Made by a program: the position numbers and the translations under genes. A DNA stretch of 63,987 nt, the filler included, from Sphacelaria rigidula (Eukaryota), in the NCBI GenBank assembly GCA_964200075.2. It is 5 parts of 5 records of this genome, joined end to end, with 100 filler letters (N's around TTAATTAATTAA, not from the genome) between each part and the next. Parts side by side here need not be neighbours in the genome. Positions count along the whole stretch, not along the records: positions 1 to 12,721 come from CAXNAA020003476.1; 4 more parts are not named here. The stretch is one strand, 5' to 3'. Below the pieces are notes generated by a model. The model was not told where the DNA came from. It was given only the letters and a program-made list of their open reading frames with translations, and did not search any database. Shown piece by piece: positions 1-12,821 of this stretch; position 1 is the first letter of the stretch; every line of letters begins with the position of its first letter.

Positions 1-679
1 CTCCCTTTTGGGCAATCAGGCCGAAGAAATTGTGAATTTGGTGACTTTGAGTCGTGAGAATTTGTCCCAACCGTGGAAACTTCCATCGCCCTTTGTTGCA
101 GCCCTTTCTGCGTGCTGTTCCCGCCCGTTAATCCAACGGAGCAAAAGCCTGTTTTTTCACGAAAATGTCTGACGAGATTTGAACATGAAAACTCGTGTTG
201 AAAGTTGAGGCGTCGTGATCGCAGCAGGCGCGATGGAATTCATCTAACCCGCGGCCACTTTCAAAAGAAGTGGAAGCTATTATGTTCTTATGCTCTCGTG
301 GATCCTCATCGAAAAAATCTTAAACAGTGCTTCGCAAATAACGCCCGACTCGACGGTAGTCAATTTACCCACATCATCGGACGTGTAGACCTCCGATCTA
401 ACCGCATAAAAAAAAATCAGGAATCGCACAGGAGCAGCTTTCTCGCCTGCATCGTATGCTCGCGTCAGAGTCCAAGGGGCACGAGGAAATCTGCTCCAAC
501 TCTCCCATTCTTTCGGCCATTCTGTCAGCGTCGCACGTTTTTAGTGGTCGCTGGTCGGTATCGTACCCAGCCGAAGCGATGGATATTGCTTTTTTTGGTT
601 TCCTCATCCTCGCGTTGGGTTGAAAACCTCCACATGTCCAACAATTCATGAGCTGACACGATTATATGGCATACCTTCG

Positions 680-850
680 ACGGTGTAAAATGGTATCCCT
701 AAGTTGTACCTTCTACAGTAACTCAGTTCAGTGGAGAATGGCACGGCTGAGTTTTACCGTGTAACTCAGCAAGAAAAAACAAAATGGCACCGGTGACTTT
801 ACTCCCTGACCCAGATAGTGGAAAATGTCACCACTGAGTTCCTACCGTAG
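680..850 (+). repeat. Degenerate ~40-bp tandem repeat cluster (about 4 units)
   Basis: Units resemble GTGGAAAATGGCACCGCTGAGTTTTACCGTGTAACTCAGC; related units recur at 3130-3255. Confidence 0.6.
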
Positions 851-3129
851 CAGGAAACATGGTCGAGAAAGTGCAGCGAAAAAAAGTGGTATCTGATTCG
901 TCCACGTCATTCATGTTCTCAAATGGCTTCAAGTCCTGTAAATAACTATTCGCGCGCGGCCGGAAGGTGAGACATGGAAAAGCTCAGCTTTTTTTATCGA
1001 ACACATGCGGCGGAAAAGAACGAAGGGGCACTCGACTCCTACCTTGCAGACCACCACACCAGATACCACCCGTTCAGAGAACCATGCATACTTCGCATAA
1101 TTCTTCCTCGGCTACCACCGTACCCCAGCGGCATAGAGCACGAGTTGAGCACAGGGATATATCATACATTGCAGTAACTGGGAACCGGCAATATCACCCT
1201 CGTGGCATGATGTGTTTATTTTTGTTGGGGAAAACTTGAGCATGTTGTTTGATGGTGTGAAGGTCGGCGACGGAATTTGCGTGGTAGGGTGGGCGATCGA
1301 CTTGCGTACACAATATAGTACACAACTGCACGTTGTTCGAATCCTTGTCACACCTACTGTACAGGCTGGGCCGCCTGAGAAGCGGACTTTACTTCAGCCG
1401 GGTCTAACTGACGATCTATCGCGAGTTGTGCCTATTATGACACATCGTGGTACTCTGCAAATCAACGCGCGTGTTTCACTTCACGTAGCACTGCGATCTG
1501 ACAAGTTCCCATCAAACGAAATACCAAACTGTAGTCAGCTACGAAGTGTAGAGAGTTGAGGGTGCCATGTGCGGCGGAACTAGGGAGGGAAACGGCTGAA
1601 TTCGCTTTTACGGTTACAGTCGACTGTGCCGACTGTGCCGCGGCCGCAAAGTGATGGTGCTGCACTAGTTGTGATTGTACAACAATTCATGTCGTACTGT
1701 ACGCGCGCAGGGTCTGAAGTGGCACGCAGACGAGACCTCTAGCGCCCCAAGGCGTCGGGCTTGTAGAAAACGTCAAAGTTCCAGCTGAGGTTGCACTCTA
1801 AAAGCAAGTAAACCGGTTCTCGACAGAAAAACGCGATTTCACTGCTCAATTTGAAGTCGTTTTCCATGAAATTTTTGACACGATATACGTCACGTATGTG
1901 TAAAGCCCCTACCGTTTCCGTCTTTCATTTTTTCCCCCCCGTGAATAATTGGTGATATGAATTTCGGAACAGTTTTCCCGGTACAAAAGCATCATCTCAT
2001 TGGAAAAACACAAAATGTCAAGGGGGGACAATGAGGACTTAACAACATACCTCATGCGCATCTTATCGGAATTTCGTGAAAAAATACTTGAAATTGAACA
2101 GCATAACCCCGTTTCATATCTTAGTGGCTGGTCCATCTCCACATAGGAACCAGTCTTAAACACGAACTCACGATTTAGCAGCTTATGCAGAAAGTATAGA
2201 CAGGACAACGGTTATGGGGGTGAATGGGGCCCGATTTTGAGCACTAAATACAGGGAAAATGGACCGACCAACTACACAGTCAGTTGAATGCAGAAGAAAT
2301 GAAACCTAGATGAGCCAATCAGTATCAATCACAACTACACGCGTCACTCGAAATGACGACGGCGCTCATACAAAATGTACTATTACTAAAGGACATTCTA
2401 CAACAACCCTGTGACTGACGTTGCTGTGCACCTGTGCACAGGGTTACAACAACAGAGGGTGGAAGCTGCTGCTCGTGTTGTTGTTGTGCCCTTCTGGTTG
2501 CAGTATGTTGTTGTGCTCATCTTTCAATGCAGATATCTCGGCAACGAAGCAGAGGATTGGACTACGGTTTGATGTGTGCGCTTCCCACGCACCAGAACTA
2601 ATCAGTAGCGCAGCGGCTTTTCGTTACGCGGGCCGCGGAGCCAGTAGCACTTTGCAAACCGCCAAAATATACTAAAAAATGCGTTTTCTTCGACGTTCGG
2701 GGGCTTTTCGGATCCGCTGTTGCGAATTGAGCAAATTCGCCGTGGCACTGAATAGATTCAATGTGTGTGCGGGGGGCTGTCAAGTGCCACAGGCTGATCT
2801 GCTTCCTGTCTCGAGAACTATGCGATGAAGAAATTACAGCTGTCGCATACTTAACCTAGGTAACTTCGGATGGGGCGTGTGTTCTGTTCGGCAGAATTTC
2901 GGCACAGGTCCGACCAGTCAAAGGTCTTCAACACGTCTTCAATATCCCCCCGCGTTCATATTTTTTTTGTTGCAAGGGGTTTTTGGTCGGTAAGACCTTC
3001 ATTCACACCCATGACAGTGTATGTGCTGTTCACCAGTGGCCAAGAACCGCCTGACGAATTCCAGTCTTTTTTCGATCGAAAGCTTCCAAATTCCTGGCGT
3101 GTCTGAGCCGTTGTGACGGACTAGACAGA

Positions 3130-3255
3130 CGGTGGAAAATTATGTTCCTCACAAAATTTGTACCGTGTAACCTAGACATTGGGAAATGGTAGCATTGAGT
3201 TTTACGGTATAACTCAGCCAGCGGAAAGTGGTACCGCTAAGTTATACCGTACAAC
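3130..3255 (+). repeat. Second cluster of the same ~40-bp repeat (about 3 units)
   Basis: GGGAAATGGTAGCATTGAGTTTTACGGTATAACTCAGCC and AGCGGAAAGTGGTACCGCTAAGTTATACCGT match the units at 680-850. Confidence 0.6.
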
Positions 3256-4175
3256 CAAGCCTAGAGCTGCACCAACAGGAGTCGAGTCGAGTTCAAGTGA
3301 AACGATTTCATTCGACGTGTGAACGCTTGGCAAGTCATCGTTGCAAGTAATCAACCTGATCGTAAGAGAGTACGCACATTCACGTCTCTTACGTGCCATC
3401 GTGTACCTCGCGGCAAACCATACGTTGCGGCGTGTAGACGGACTGTATCGGTCCCGACTGGAGACATCAGCACGTGAATCGATAGACTACGATGCGAGAT
3501 ATGACCGGCCACGTTTACAGTAGGATGCCGTGGAAGGAAGGCACGCGAAGGCAAGACTGCCCCCCCCCCGCCTTTTGGGGATAAGATTGATGCCCCATTT
3601 CGGTCAAGGTTCAGCTTTGAGCTTTACACTGCGTATCGGTGTGGGAGTGAAGAACTTTAGCTTCACTACAGTACCCCATTTCACGGTACATATCTCACCG
3701 CCAGCAGTGTGCGTACGTTGAGGTACGTACCGCACCTTGAGCAACGGATTTCATTTTCACAACATGCACTGCGTGCAGTATGGAACCTATCATCTCTTGC
3801 GATAGACGCAACAGTCGATACTGTACGCAGTACACTTTTTGACACTGCAATCTATTATCAAGCGGTGGTACCTACCTTGTAATCAGCACGCGAAACATTG
3901 TGCGAACAAAACGAACATCGGAAAATAAAAACTTGAGTCTGACGCGTGAAGCATTGCCGGCGCCCTGGGTCAGCCTAGCCTTTCTCTGGAACAGATCAGA
4001 CTTATCCTCGTCCCGCAGTTTCCGTTCTTCTGAGATGCTCGTGTGCCTGAAATCAGCTCCTGCACAACTTTCTGCACGTATCTCACGGCTCAAGTCACCA
4101 CGAGTGTAGGGCTCGTTGGCCGTGTGCTGAGTTGAAAAACTGTACCGTATGTATCGCAACGCCGTTCATGCACAG

Positions 4176-7100
4176 GTGAACGACGACGAAAAAACTATAT
4201 CGATATTTCAGGAGTGGGTGCCCGGATCCGTCACGACTCTGCTCGTCAACTTTGGGCCCTTCTCCGATCACCGGATAGCCGGGTACACCAAACAGATCCT
4301 TCAGGGACTCCTGTATCTCCACAAGGAGAGGGTCATCCACCGCGACATCAAGGGGGGGAACATCCTCATCGACGACCGGGGCGTGGTGAAGCTTTGCGAC
4401 TTCGGTGCCTCCAAGGTAAATGCAGTTTGTAGGTGAATGAAGAAATTGTGCTTTGTGATGAAGCCCTGTGTAGAGTACATGCCTAGACTTCCTGGGGTTC
4501 CACTTTAACGACCCCTTTGACAACATCCACGAAGGGTCATTCCCCACAATCAATAGCTTGCTAGCTGTGTGGACTCTCTACAGGATTATCAACGTGTGTA
4601 TGCTCCACTCTCCAATCACGAACCCAGACTACAAGTAGAGCGCCTCCGTGGCAGCCCAGACTACTAGTAGAACACGGTTTTCCCACCTCCTGTCCTTTGA
4701 ATCATGATGCTTTCGTTCGAGCCGGAGGACGGTGCTCTATGCGGCGCACGCAAGACTTCCGCAGTTCGCGGCTCTTCGAGTACAACGTTACAATCGAGGC
4801 GCCCTCCCTTGCGGTGTACCAACCAGTACAGATCATGCTCTAATGATAACTGTAGGCGCGGCGTTGCCGAGCTTAGAATTTCGGCTTGATCGGGTGATTC
4901 GAACGCGTAACCGCTGTCGCTGACGGATGACTCTTTGATACATCTTGAGGCGGGGGCGGTGGCGCAAAGTTGGGTGTGTATTTCTCTTTTCGGACCACTT
5001 ACCGTCAATGATCCGAGCTACGTTATCACGAGCCGGACCAATCAATTGAGCATCAGAAGCATCGGACGGGTCAAATATCATGGTCAGCTGCCGAAAGTGC
5101 CGCGAAGGCGACACTCCCTGCAGTCCTCGACGCATTTCGAAGTGCCGCGTACGCTGTTTGGCCGTGGCGACAGTTTTATCGTCTCAAACTATTGTGCGAA
5201 AGTCACCATGATCACTAAGTCTTGCTTTTTAGTATCTGGCTTTTGGTCTGGTATCAGAACGTACATGAGAAAAGTACGAGATGGGTTCAATCTACTACCT
5301 TTTACTGGCTTTTCTGGAGCGTTGGAGCCTGAAAGGTTGAGGTGGACGTGGAGCGACATTTCGAAGGTCATGTCTGGAAGATCTGATGAAGTGTTACACT
5401 AGGATATTTCTCGGTCAAAATTATGATATTTGTCGACCCCTCTTCCCCCCCCGCACGGACGTCTCCAGCGCCTCGATGCTCGTCCAACGTATACATATTC
5501 TAACTTTTCAAATGAGTGTTGTAGTAGTCGAACCGGTCGAAGGTTCATGATCGTTTTGCCGCGCTGTGGCCACAGCCTGCACGTTTCTCCTCCACTTGCT
5601 GGGCATGAAGCTCTTGCGAACAAGCGAGAGATGGGGCCACGCGCGTGATCGATCGCCGGTCACTGCTTAATCGCACCCGAGTGCTGCGTTGAACAGTGCA
5701 GTTAACCTGAGAAGGGACTTGGCCAAAAATGGCCACGCGCAATCCTCATTCGCCCCCTCTGATTTTCACCACGTGCCGTGGACGTCACTGTGCAGATGCT
5801 TGATGCGGAGAACCTCACGGGGGTGGGTGACCACACTAGGGTGGGCTCACCGCTGTTCATGGCTCCGGAGATACTACTACGCGAGGAGTACGGACCGCAA
5901 GTGGTGAGTGATGCAATAGTGACTGCCCGGTGCGGAGAAACAGGGGCGTTGATCGTATGCAAGGTTTGTTCTTGGTGCGAGTGTCGGCGTGGAAGCGAGC
6001 TCGGTGGCTGCGGCGCACATGATTCAGCTCATTCCCGCTAAATAGTTCGCAAGTGATTGACGACTTTGACCCTTCGATCAAGCGTCTCTCTCGGGTGTTC
6101 TCGCAGTACGAACCTGGTCGATTGGGGTATTGAACCCCGCGACTGCATCACACCCGCCGCAATTTCGAAATTATTCGTGTGTACGAGGTTGCATGTTCCG
6201 TTTCACGTGTACCGAATCGGAGATGAAAGCATGTCGAAATTTCTTAGTTTTTTGCCATGTGTTTGAAGGCATGAGGTAGATGCTACGTGGCGGACTTCAC
6301 CTGTACCTTCAGGAATCCGGCAAAATACCGTAGGCTGGCGTTAGCATGGGGAGAGCCGTTGCTCATGACATTCCAAGGTCCGGCAACCGAAAACAAGTGG
6401 GCTCGGAGAGACACGCGTACCAGGGCGGAGCGTTCCACGTTCCCCGCCGCGCCCCGGCCAATGCATTTATGTGTGGTTCTCTTGTTTTATCTGAATGGTA
6501 TCTTGTACCCGTGAGTGATAACGTGAGAACGTCACAACGCGAGTAGCAAGAAGCGTTTGATTGACCAGAGTCGAGGCGATGCGGGGGTGTTAGTCATGAT
6601 CCAATCCGCGATACCAAACTGCGAGGCATGTACTGGAGGAGAAATGGTGTGATCCCTTGAGACCACAGAACTCGTCCCGAGGAAGGGGGCGATTGCAAAG
6701 TGTGTAGGAAACAAAGACTGTGGATGAACGATAGCCAAAGGGCGGTTGTCGTTTGATGGCTGCATGATCAGGAGGTACCTCGACCGGCGCGAGGAAGGGT
6801 GTGTGGTGAAATTATGAGCAGCAAGATTCAAAAGATCAGCAAACGAGAGGCAGACAGACACTCGTCGGTGAGACTCATTCACAAACGAAAGACAACACGC
6901 CTCACATCGAAATTCATTGTTCCCGGCAGGATATCTGGTCGCTGGGTGGAGCCGTGCTCGAAATGGCCACGGGACACCCACCCTGGCAAACGCTCAACCT
7001 CCGGACGCCCGTGGCTCTCATCAACTGGGTCAAGCGCACGGAAGGTCCGCCCCCTTTACCTGAGAGCTTGTCTCTGTCCCTCAACAATTTTCTCCTTCGC

Positions 7101-8465
7101 TGTTTCGAGAGGGATCCCAAGAAACGGGCGACTGCAAAGCAGCTCCTTTCCGACCCCTTTGTGGCCAAGCACCAGGGGGAACTGCCGCCCAAGGTGTCGA
7201 GTCCCACAAGCGACGAGGGCAGCGTGAGCGACATCGACAATCTCAGCCGCTCCGCGGCGATCGAGCGTATTCGTCGGGCGTCCACTCCCTGCGCGGTCGA
7301 TCATATCAAATCGAAACCCAGTCACAACGCTTCCAGCGTTCCCGTCACGGGTGCAGTCGCAGCGGTAGAGGCAGCAGTAGCAGTGGGATCCAGTCCACGC
7401 TGTTCCGGAGGTGCGATCGCCACCACCAAAACGACCTCTCATCATCGGCTTGGAACCTTGGACCAAAGCTGTCATGGGAGCGGGATCGCGGTTACCGCGG
7501 GACACTCGACAGGCTTCGTGCAGGGGAGCGATGCCAGCGGCAGCACGTTCTCGGCCGATCGATCATCTAGCGCACTGCGGCTGGAAACCCTCGACGACCG
7601 ACACCCAGAGGAGCCCGCCGCCGGCGAGGGAGCAGGTGGCACTAATGCTACGGCTGGTAACGAAGGACTCAGCGTGTCGCCTCGACTATCAGTGCGGACA
7701 GAAGAAGACAGCAGTACCAACAAATTCAGCCGGCCAGCATCCCTCAAGATTCGTGGTCGCGGGAGCACCACGCCTTCGCTCCGCCTTTCCACGGTCCACT
7801 CGGAGGTACACGGGGCCTCATGTCCCTCCAACGCCGGGGGGGCGCCGCGCGTGTCGACGCCGACGCGACGAACGTCCGGTGGCGGAAGCCGTGCGAACTC
7901 GTCCAGCCCGAACCCTTTCGGGGGAAGGCGGCGGTCCGTGGAGAGCTTGAGTCCGAGAAGCAGCACTAGTCGTGGCTGCTCTCCCCCGAATATGGCTGCA
8001 CGCCATGTCGGCGGGACCGTCGATCAGGCGCACGAGGTTGCTGGAAACCATGGCGCTGCAGGAAATGCGCGTGGGCCAGAGGGGATAGGGGAGGTCGGGG
8101 AAGGCTCGGCGCGGGAGCGGGTCGGTGCGAGGGGACGGGAGCGGGAGCGGGCCGAAGTTTGCGACGGCAATGCTACGAACACGCTTGTGGTGACGGAAAG
8201 ACCCGTGGTCTTGGAGAAATTACAGAATTCGGGGTCGGATGTCGCTCGAGATTCGGATACACCGCGGTGTCGAGCTCCCGTAACGATGGGTGCGGATCGT
8301 GCGGATCGTGCGGTGGCTGAGGACGGCAGTGACGGGGTGCGGTTGAAGAATATTAACTCTGGGCGGGGGAAGCGACCCAGCGCGGATGCAGGCAGGAGGG
8401 AAAGTCATATAGCGAGTAAAGCGGCGGTGTCGACCGCCGCCACCATCCCCAAGTTAAGATTATAG
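4176..8465 (+). CDS. STE11/MAPKKK-like Ser/Thr kinase, 3' part; exons 4176-4415, 5796-5903, 6930-8465
   Basis: Exons join in frame via GT-AG introns to give [23 protein letters not shown]|...[57 protein letters not shown], followed by a long Ser/Gly/Arg-rich tail. No N-lobe exon (GxGxxG, VAVK) was found in 1-4175. Confidence 0.9.
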
Positions 8466-11276
8466 CAATAATAGCATTGATAAATGTTGTGTGGCATTTT
8501 CGTTGTTCACCATTTTCGGCACGAGAAGGCTTTAACAGACGTGTATGTTGGCCGGCGTCATTGATGGATCTGCGTTCCCTGCGCGGCTCGGCCTGAGCTC
8601 CAACAGTTTGTGGACGGTACGAGATTTGCGACTCCATGAGGTTTTGGAGATGCCAGGGCGCTGAGGGGTCGCCAAGTTTGCCAGCATTATTTTCAGCGGC
8701 TTCTTGATATTCTGTTGTTGACGTGAATTCCTGCCCCTCATTGAGCCCTGTGTGAGATTATTACTGTGTACCGCAAGTGTAAAAACTCTCCCCAGCACGT
8801 TCAAGGGGCAAAGAGTGATGTACAGTAGTACAGTTCAGTGTTCTAGATTTTTCAGTCTTGCTAGATCTTCCGTGTTCGCACACTGCCTGTTTTGAAGAGG
8901 CAACGCGCGAGAAGTGTTCGAAAAACGGTCCGCAGGTACCGTCGCAAACGTATATTCTCGGAGCCGAGGCGTCTTTTCGATGTTCACTGTTGCAGTATAA
9001 CTAGTGTTATTCACCTTTTTACATCGTATATGATTCCCATTTGTGTGGGTCATGTCGGGGACCCGTCGACTGTCTCCGATTGTGATGTCGGTGGGATGTT
9101 GCGTTCGATTTTTATTTCCATGCAGTGGGTGTTGCGATGTTTAGTTTCGGCGTCGCATCTTTGGCAACGGGGCGTGAGTTGCTTCTGTTGGAGTGATCAT
9201 CCCTATTATTATACAAAGTTTTTAATTATGCAGCAATGAAAATGGCCTCCCGTGTCTGAACCTATTATTGGCTACCGAGTGGTTTCTAGCCATCTTGTCC
9301 CCGGTGCGTTTGCGGTGCGTTTTCATGATATCGGTGCCAACACATACGGTGTACTCATCAATTTCTGTTTACCCCGAATATTCTTTTGATTTTTCACTTT
9401 TTCTTCTCCCGTTCTGTGCATTCTACCATTTCATTTTTCAGCTTTCCCTTTCTCGAAATTACTCAGGTGAGCACCAGGCGAGGATTCTCCGCCATTTCGT
9501 TTTCATCTTTTTCCGTTCTCGAACTTCCTTACGTACGGTATTTTCGGCTCAACTACGTTGAGGTTACGCGTACATCCATCCTATGACTGACCACGGCAGA
9601 ACTCGAAGCAGATCCGTTCATCGGCGACAGTCACTCAAGTGATGGATCAATCCCACTCCATAGCCCGTTTCACGGCGGTTCACGGGATATTCATGTTCGG
9701 TGGCATATTTGCACGTTGCATTTGACCGCGTTGTTGAAGAGTCATGCCACGGGAAGGATGAAGAAGTTATTGCTCAGGTTTGGATTAGTGGCAGCCACTG
9801 ATCTCATCTCAAGAAAAACCTACAAAATATGTGAGAGCACGCCACGATCGGCAGTTCAATACGGTAGCTTAATGTTGGTGGGGATATTCCGAATGGATTT
9901 CTAAAACGAGAAAGTCCTTGACCTCTTTTTTATGTGAAGCTCCCAACTGTTGGAGTCCCTCAGTTAGGAACATCTGGGCCCAATATTCAACCCCGGGCGT
10001 GGTATTTCTCCGTAGCGTTACTGGTTCATTTCACAGTACGGCAGCCTCTACGTGCGGGCAATGTTGACGACATTTCTTCCCTGCCGAAAGGGAGGTCACG
10101 AGTCAAAACGTATTGCTTATGGCAAAGAAGTCCTGTAAAAATGCTCGTTGGTCCTTCGTTTCACGCCCTAATAGAAGCTAGATTAGACGATTCCAGGAAA
10201 TGTTCGCGTTCTCCGACGGCCGCAGCTTTTATATTCGTCAAATTTGCATCTTCGTCCAGAGACGGAAATCTAAAGAAAAGTCGCATTTTTTTCTAGTTTT
10301 GACCAAGGGCCTGCCAGGAGAATATTTCGGGACACGTAGCCCCCCCTTTCCCCCCGCACTCCCCGGAGGGCAATTTTCTGAAAATTGTCATGATTTCCGT
10401 GATTTCTTTCGTTGAAAATTGTTGAAGAGACTGATCAAGAAACACTCACAAAAACCGGATGTCTGGTGGGCTTCCCCACACTCGTATATTTGCTTCTGCT
10501 CCTTGTCCGCCCAGTCCCGATCACCTTGGATGCCGGCCACGCTCACACACATGTGTGTATGCACACGAATTCACGGTAGTAGCGACAGCCTGTAGCCCAC
10601 CCATGTGGCAACATTATCTTACGTCTTCCCGACAAGCGGGGCATCGGCCGCTCCAGAAGATACATCGGTGCCTTCGCTAGTAGAGGGAGCTGCTGACGTG
10701 CGATGAGCTTGGGGGGGGCTGTATGTCCGCCATCTCAGCGGTCTCCATGCCAAAGATCTGTGCACACAGCAGCTGACCGCATCTGCCAACGCCTCGGCTT
10801 TAAACTAGGGGATCACAGGCTGAATGCCCCCGCTCCCACCCCCCTCCATCGCAAACTCAATTTTCGATCTTACGGCCTACGTGTCCGGAATTTTCTCCCG
10901 ACACACCCTTGATTTGACTGTTCTTGACCTTTCCTGGACAAAAATGCACGTGTGGCAAAAAAGAGATACTGCCACCGGAAAATACGAAGAAATTATTGTT
11001 TGTGTTGGACGTGCGTTCATATCGTCGCACTCCCTGGTCTGTCTGCTCTTCGTGGCGAGGAGCGGCGCCGTCAATATCACCCTCTTACAGGACACACACC
11101 ACACACCACAAGGTTCTAGTGAGATTTACAGTATGGCGTAGGATTGAAAGTCAGCCTTAAGCCCCTCATGGAATCGGCATCATGTTCACTTGAAACAACA
11201 GTCCTCCTGCCCCCCTGCTAGAACATTCTTCCCGAGAGTTCAATCGAAAACCAACCACCCCCCGGTTCTGCACACT

Positions 11277-11347
11277 TGCTCCGTCTCGAAAGGGATGCGT
11301 GGTCAGTAGTCAAACGACTAAAACAAGCAACAAATGAGCACGCCCCC
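11277..11347 (+). repeat. Dispersed ~70-90 bp repeat ending in a C-run (family A)
   Basis: Consensus GCTCCGTCTCGAAAGGGATGCGTGGTCA..TCAAACGACTAAGGCAAGCAACAAATGAGTACGCCCC. Other copies at ~25459-25541 (+), 29425-29495 (-), 32515-32605 (-), 45825-45905 (+) and 63960-63987 (-, cut by the window end). Confidence 0.85.
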
Positions 11348-11348
11348 T

Positions 11349-12701
11349 TTTCGTAGGATGGCCTGGGATAGTCAGTAAGATACACCTTGTCAGGATAAGG
11401 TACAACAGTCTAGTGATATACCTGTTTGAGTTCCGGGTACTACGCGGGGTGACTTTATATTGTGATGTTAGTGACTGGATATACGTGAGTGGTGCTTGTC
11501 GCATCTTGGTACCTTGGCCCCCATCGGGCCCACTCCCGTTCCTTCCCTCTTTATCAACAAAGGTTTATATACATTTCTACCTCATCTTGATCGACTATCG
11601 CAGTCGTGTCCATTGATCGACTATCCGAGTCGAGTCTGCACCCCATCCTCTCACGGGGTCACGAAGTTACAAACACTCAAACACTCTAGAGCCCCTACCC
11701 AACTTGGGAGCTTTGTGGCCAAGGGACCGATGGCGGACTGGAGTACCGCGGAAAGACACTTGGCCGTCGTGGGAGACACATCGTCTCCAACGGAGATGCT
11801 GGGGGTGAAAGAGAATGTGGCCAGCTTGCAAGGATCGGTGACGGATATCACCGAGCAGCTGGCGGAGCTGAAGACGATGATGGTGTCCCAGTTAGTGCGC
11901 AGGACATCGTCCACTGGCCCCGGAGCGGCGGCGGACGGGGAGGGGGAGACAGGCGACGGGAGGCACACCGTCACCGGTGCCAGAACAGGGAGGGTTTGGT
12001 CACCACGCGGTGTAGGGATTGTATCAGGCCCTCTCCGAGGATCCACGGGCGATGGATTTGCCCAAGTAAGTATGAACGAGGAGTCCCCGGCTCACTACCC
12101 TCATCTAGCCGTGAAGAGTTTTTTACGTGTTGATGAAAGATTCGATGAGAAGTTTGACGGTAGGGAGAAAAACTGGCCGTTGTTCCGTGATGATGATTCC
12201 CTGACACAAGTTAATGCCGCAGTTTTCATAAGCGCCACACGTGACAGACGGGATATATTTCCGTATGACACAGGAAACTGGCCAGGACCCCCGTGAAGTG
12301 GCAAGGGAAGTCGAAAGAGGGATTGACGAATTTACAAGGGACCTCGGGAAATGCGGGGAATTCAAAACCTGATGGGCGTGAAAAATGGTTCTGTAACGGA
12401 GAGGCGGTGTTGGATTTGCCGGAAGCAAACAGCACACTTCGCGCGTGACTGTCCGGAACGACGTTGTACGAGATGCGGAAAAAAGGGACACTCGTTTCAG
12501 GATTGTAATACAGGAGAAGATGAAGCGATTCTTCAGTATGTTTGGAAGCGGACGCAGAAGCCTTTTGAAAATGATGGCATGAAACCTGTGCATGACTCAA
12601 ATACCCGTTTGATATTGTGATGTTTTGAGTGTTCGTGGTCATCATGCCGATAGCGATTCATGTACCCAAGAAAGGTTGTTGCCCAGAGTCATCCTACGAT
12701 A
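11349..12701 (+). mobile_element. Internally deleted LTR-retrotransposon remnant with gag-like ORF and two zinc knuckles
   Basis: Inverted termini TCGTAGGATG (11351) and CATCCTACGA (12690-12699). Gag-like coiled-coil segment ASLQGSVTDITEQLAELKTM. CCHC knuckles CWICRKQTAHFARDC and CTRCGKKGHSFQDC at ~12408-12506. Reading frame broken; no pol. Confidence 0.65.
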
Positions 12702-12721
12702 GGGGGGGGGTATTTTGGGCC

Positions 12722-12821
12722 NNNNNNNNNNNNNNNNNNNNNNNNNNNNNNNNNNNNNNNNNNNNTTAATTAATTAANNNNNNNNNNNNNNNNNNNNNNN
12801 NNNNNNNNNNNNNNNNNNNNN
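12722..12821. other. Assembly gap with artificial TTAATTAATTAA linker (also 25542-25641, 38358-38457, 51173-51272)
   Basis: N-run + TTAATTAATTAA + N-run of the same total length four times; the linker places stops in all six frames. Confidence 0.95.

Noticed and set aside
7056-8051. Several overlapping ORFs within the last kinase exon
   Set aside because: GC-rich shadow frames.
12766-12777. Recurring TTAATTAATTAA palindrome
   Set aside because: It always sits inside N-runs of fixed length, so it is a scaffolding linker and not biology.
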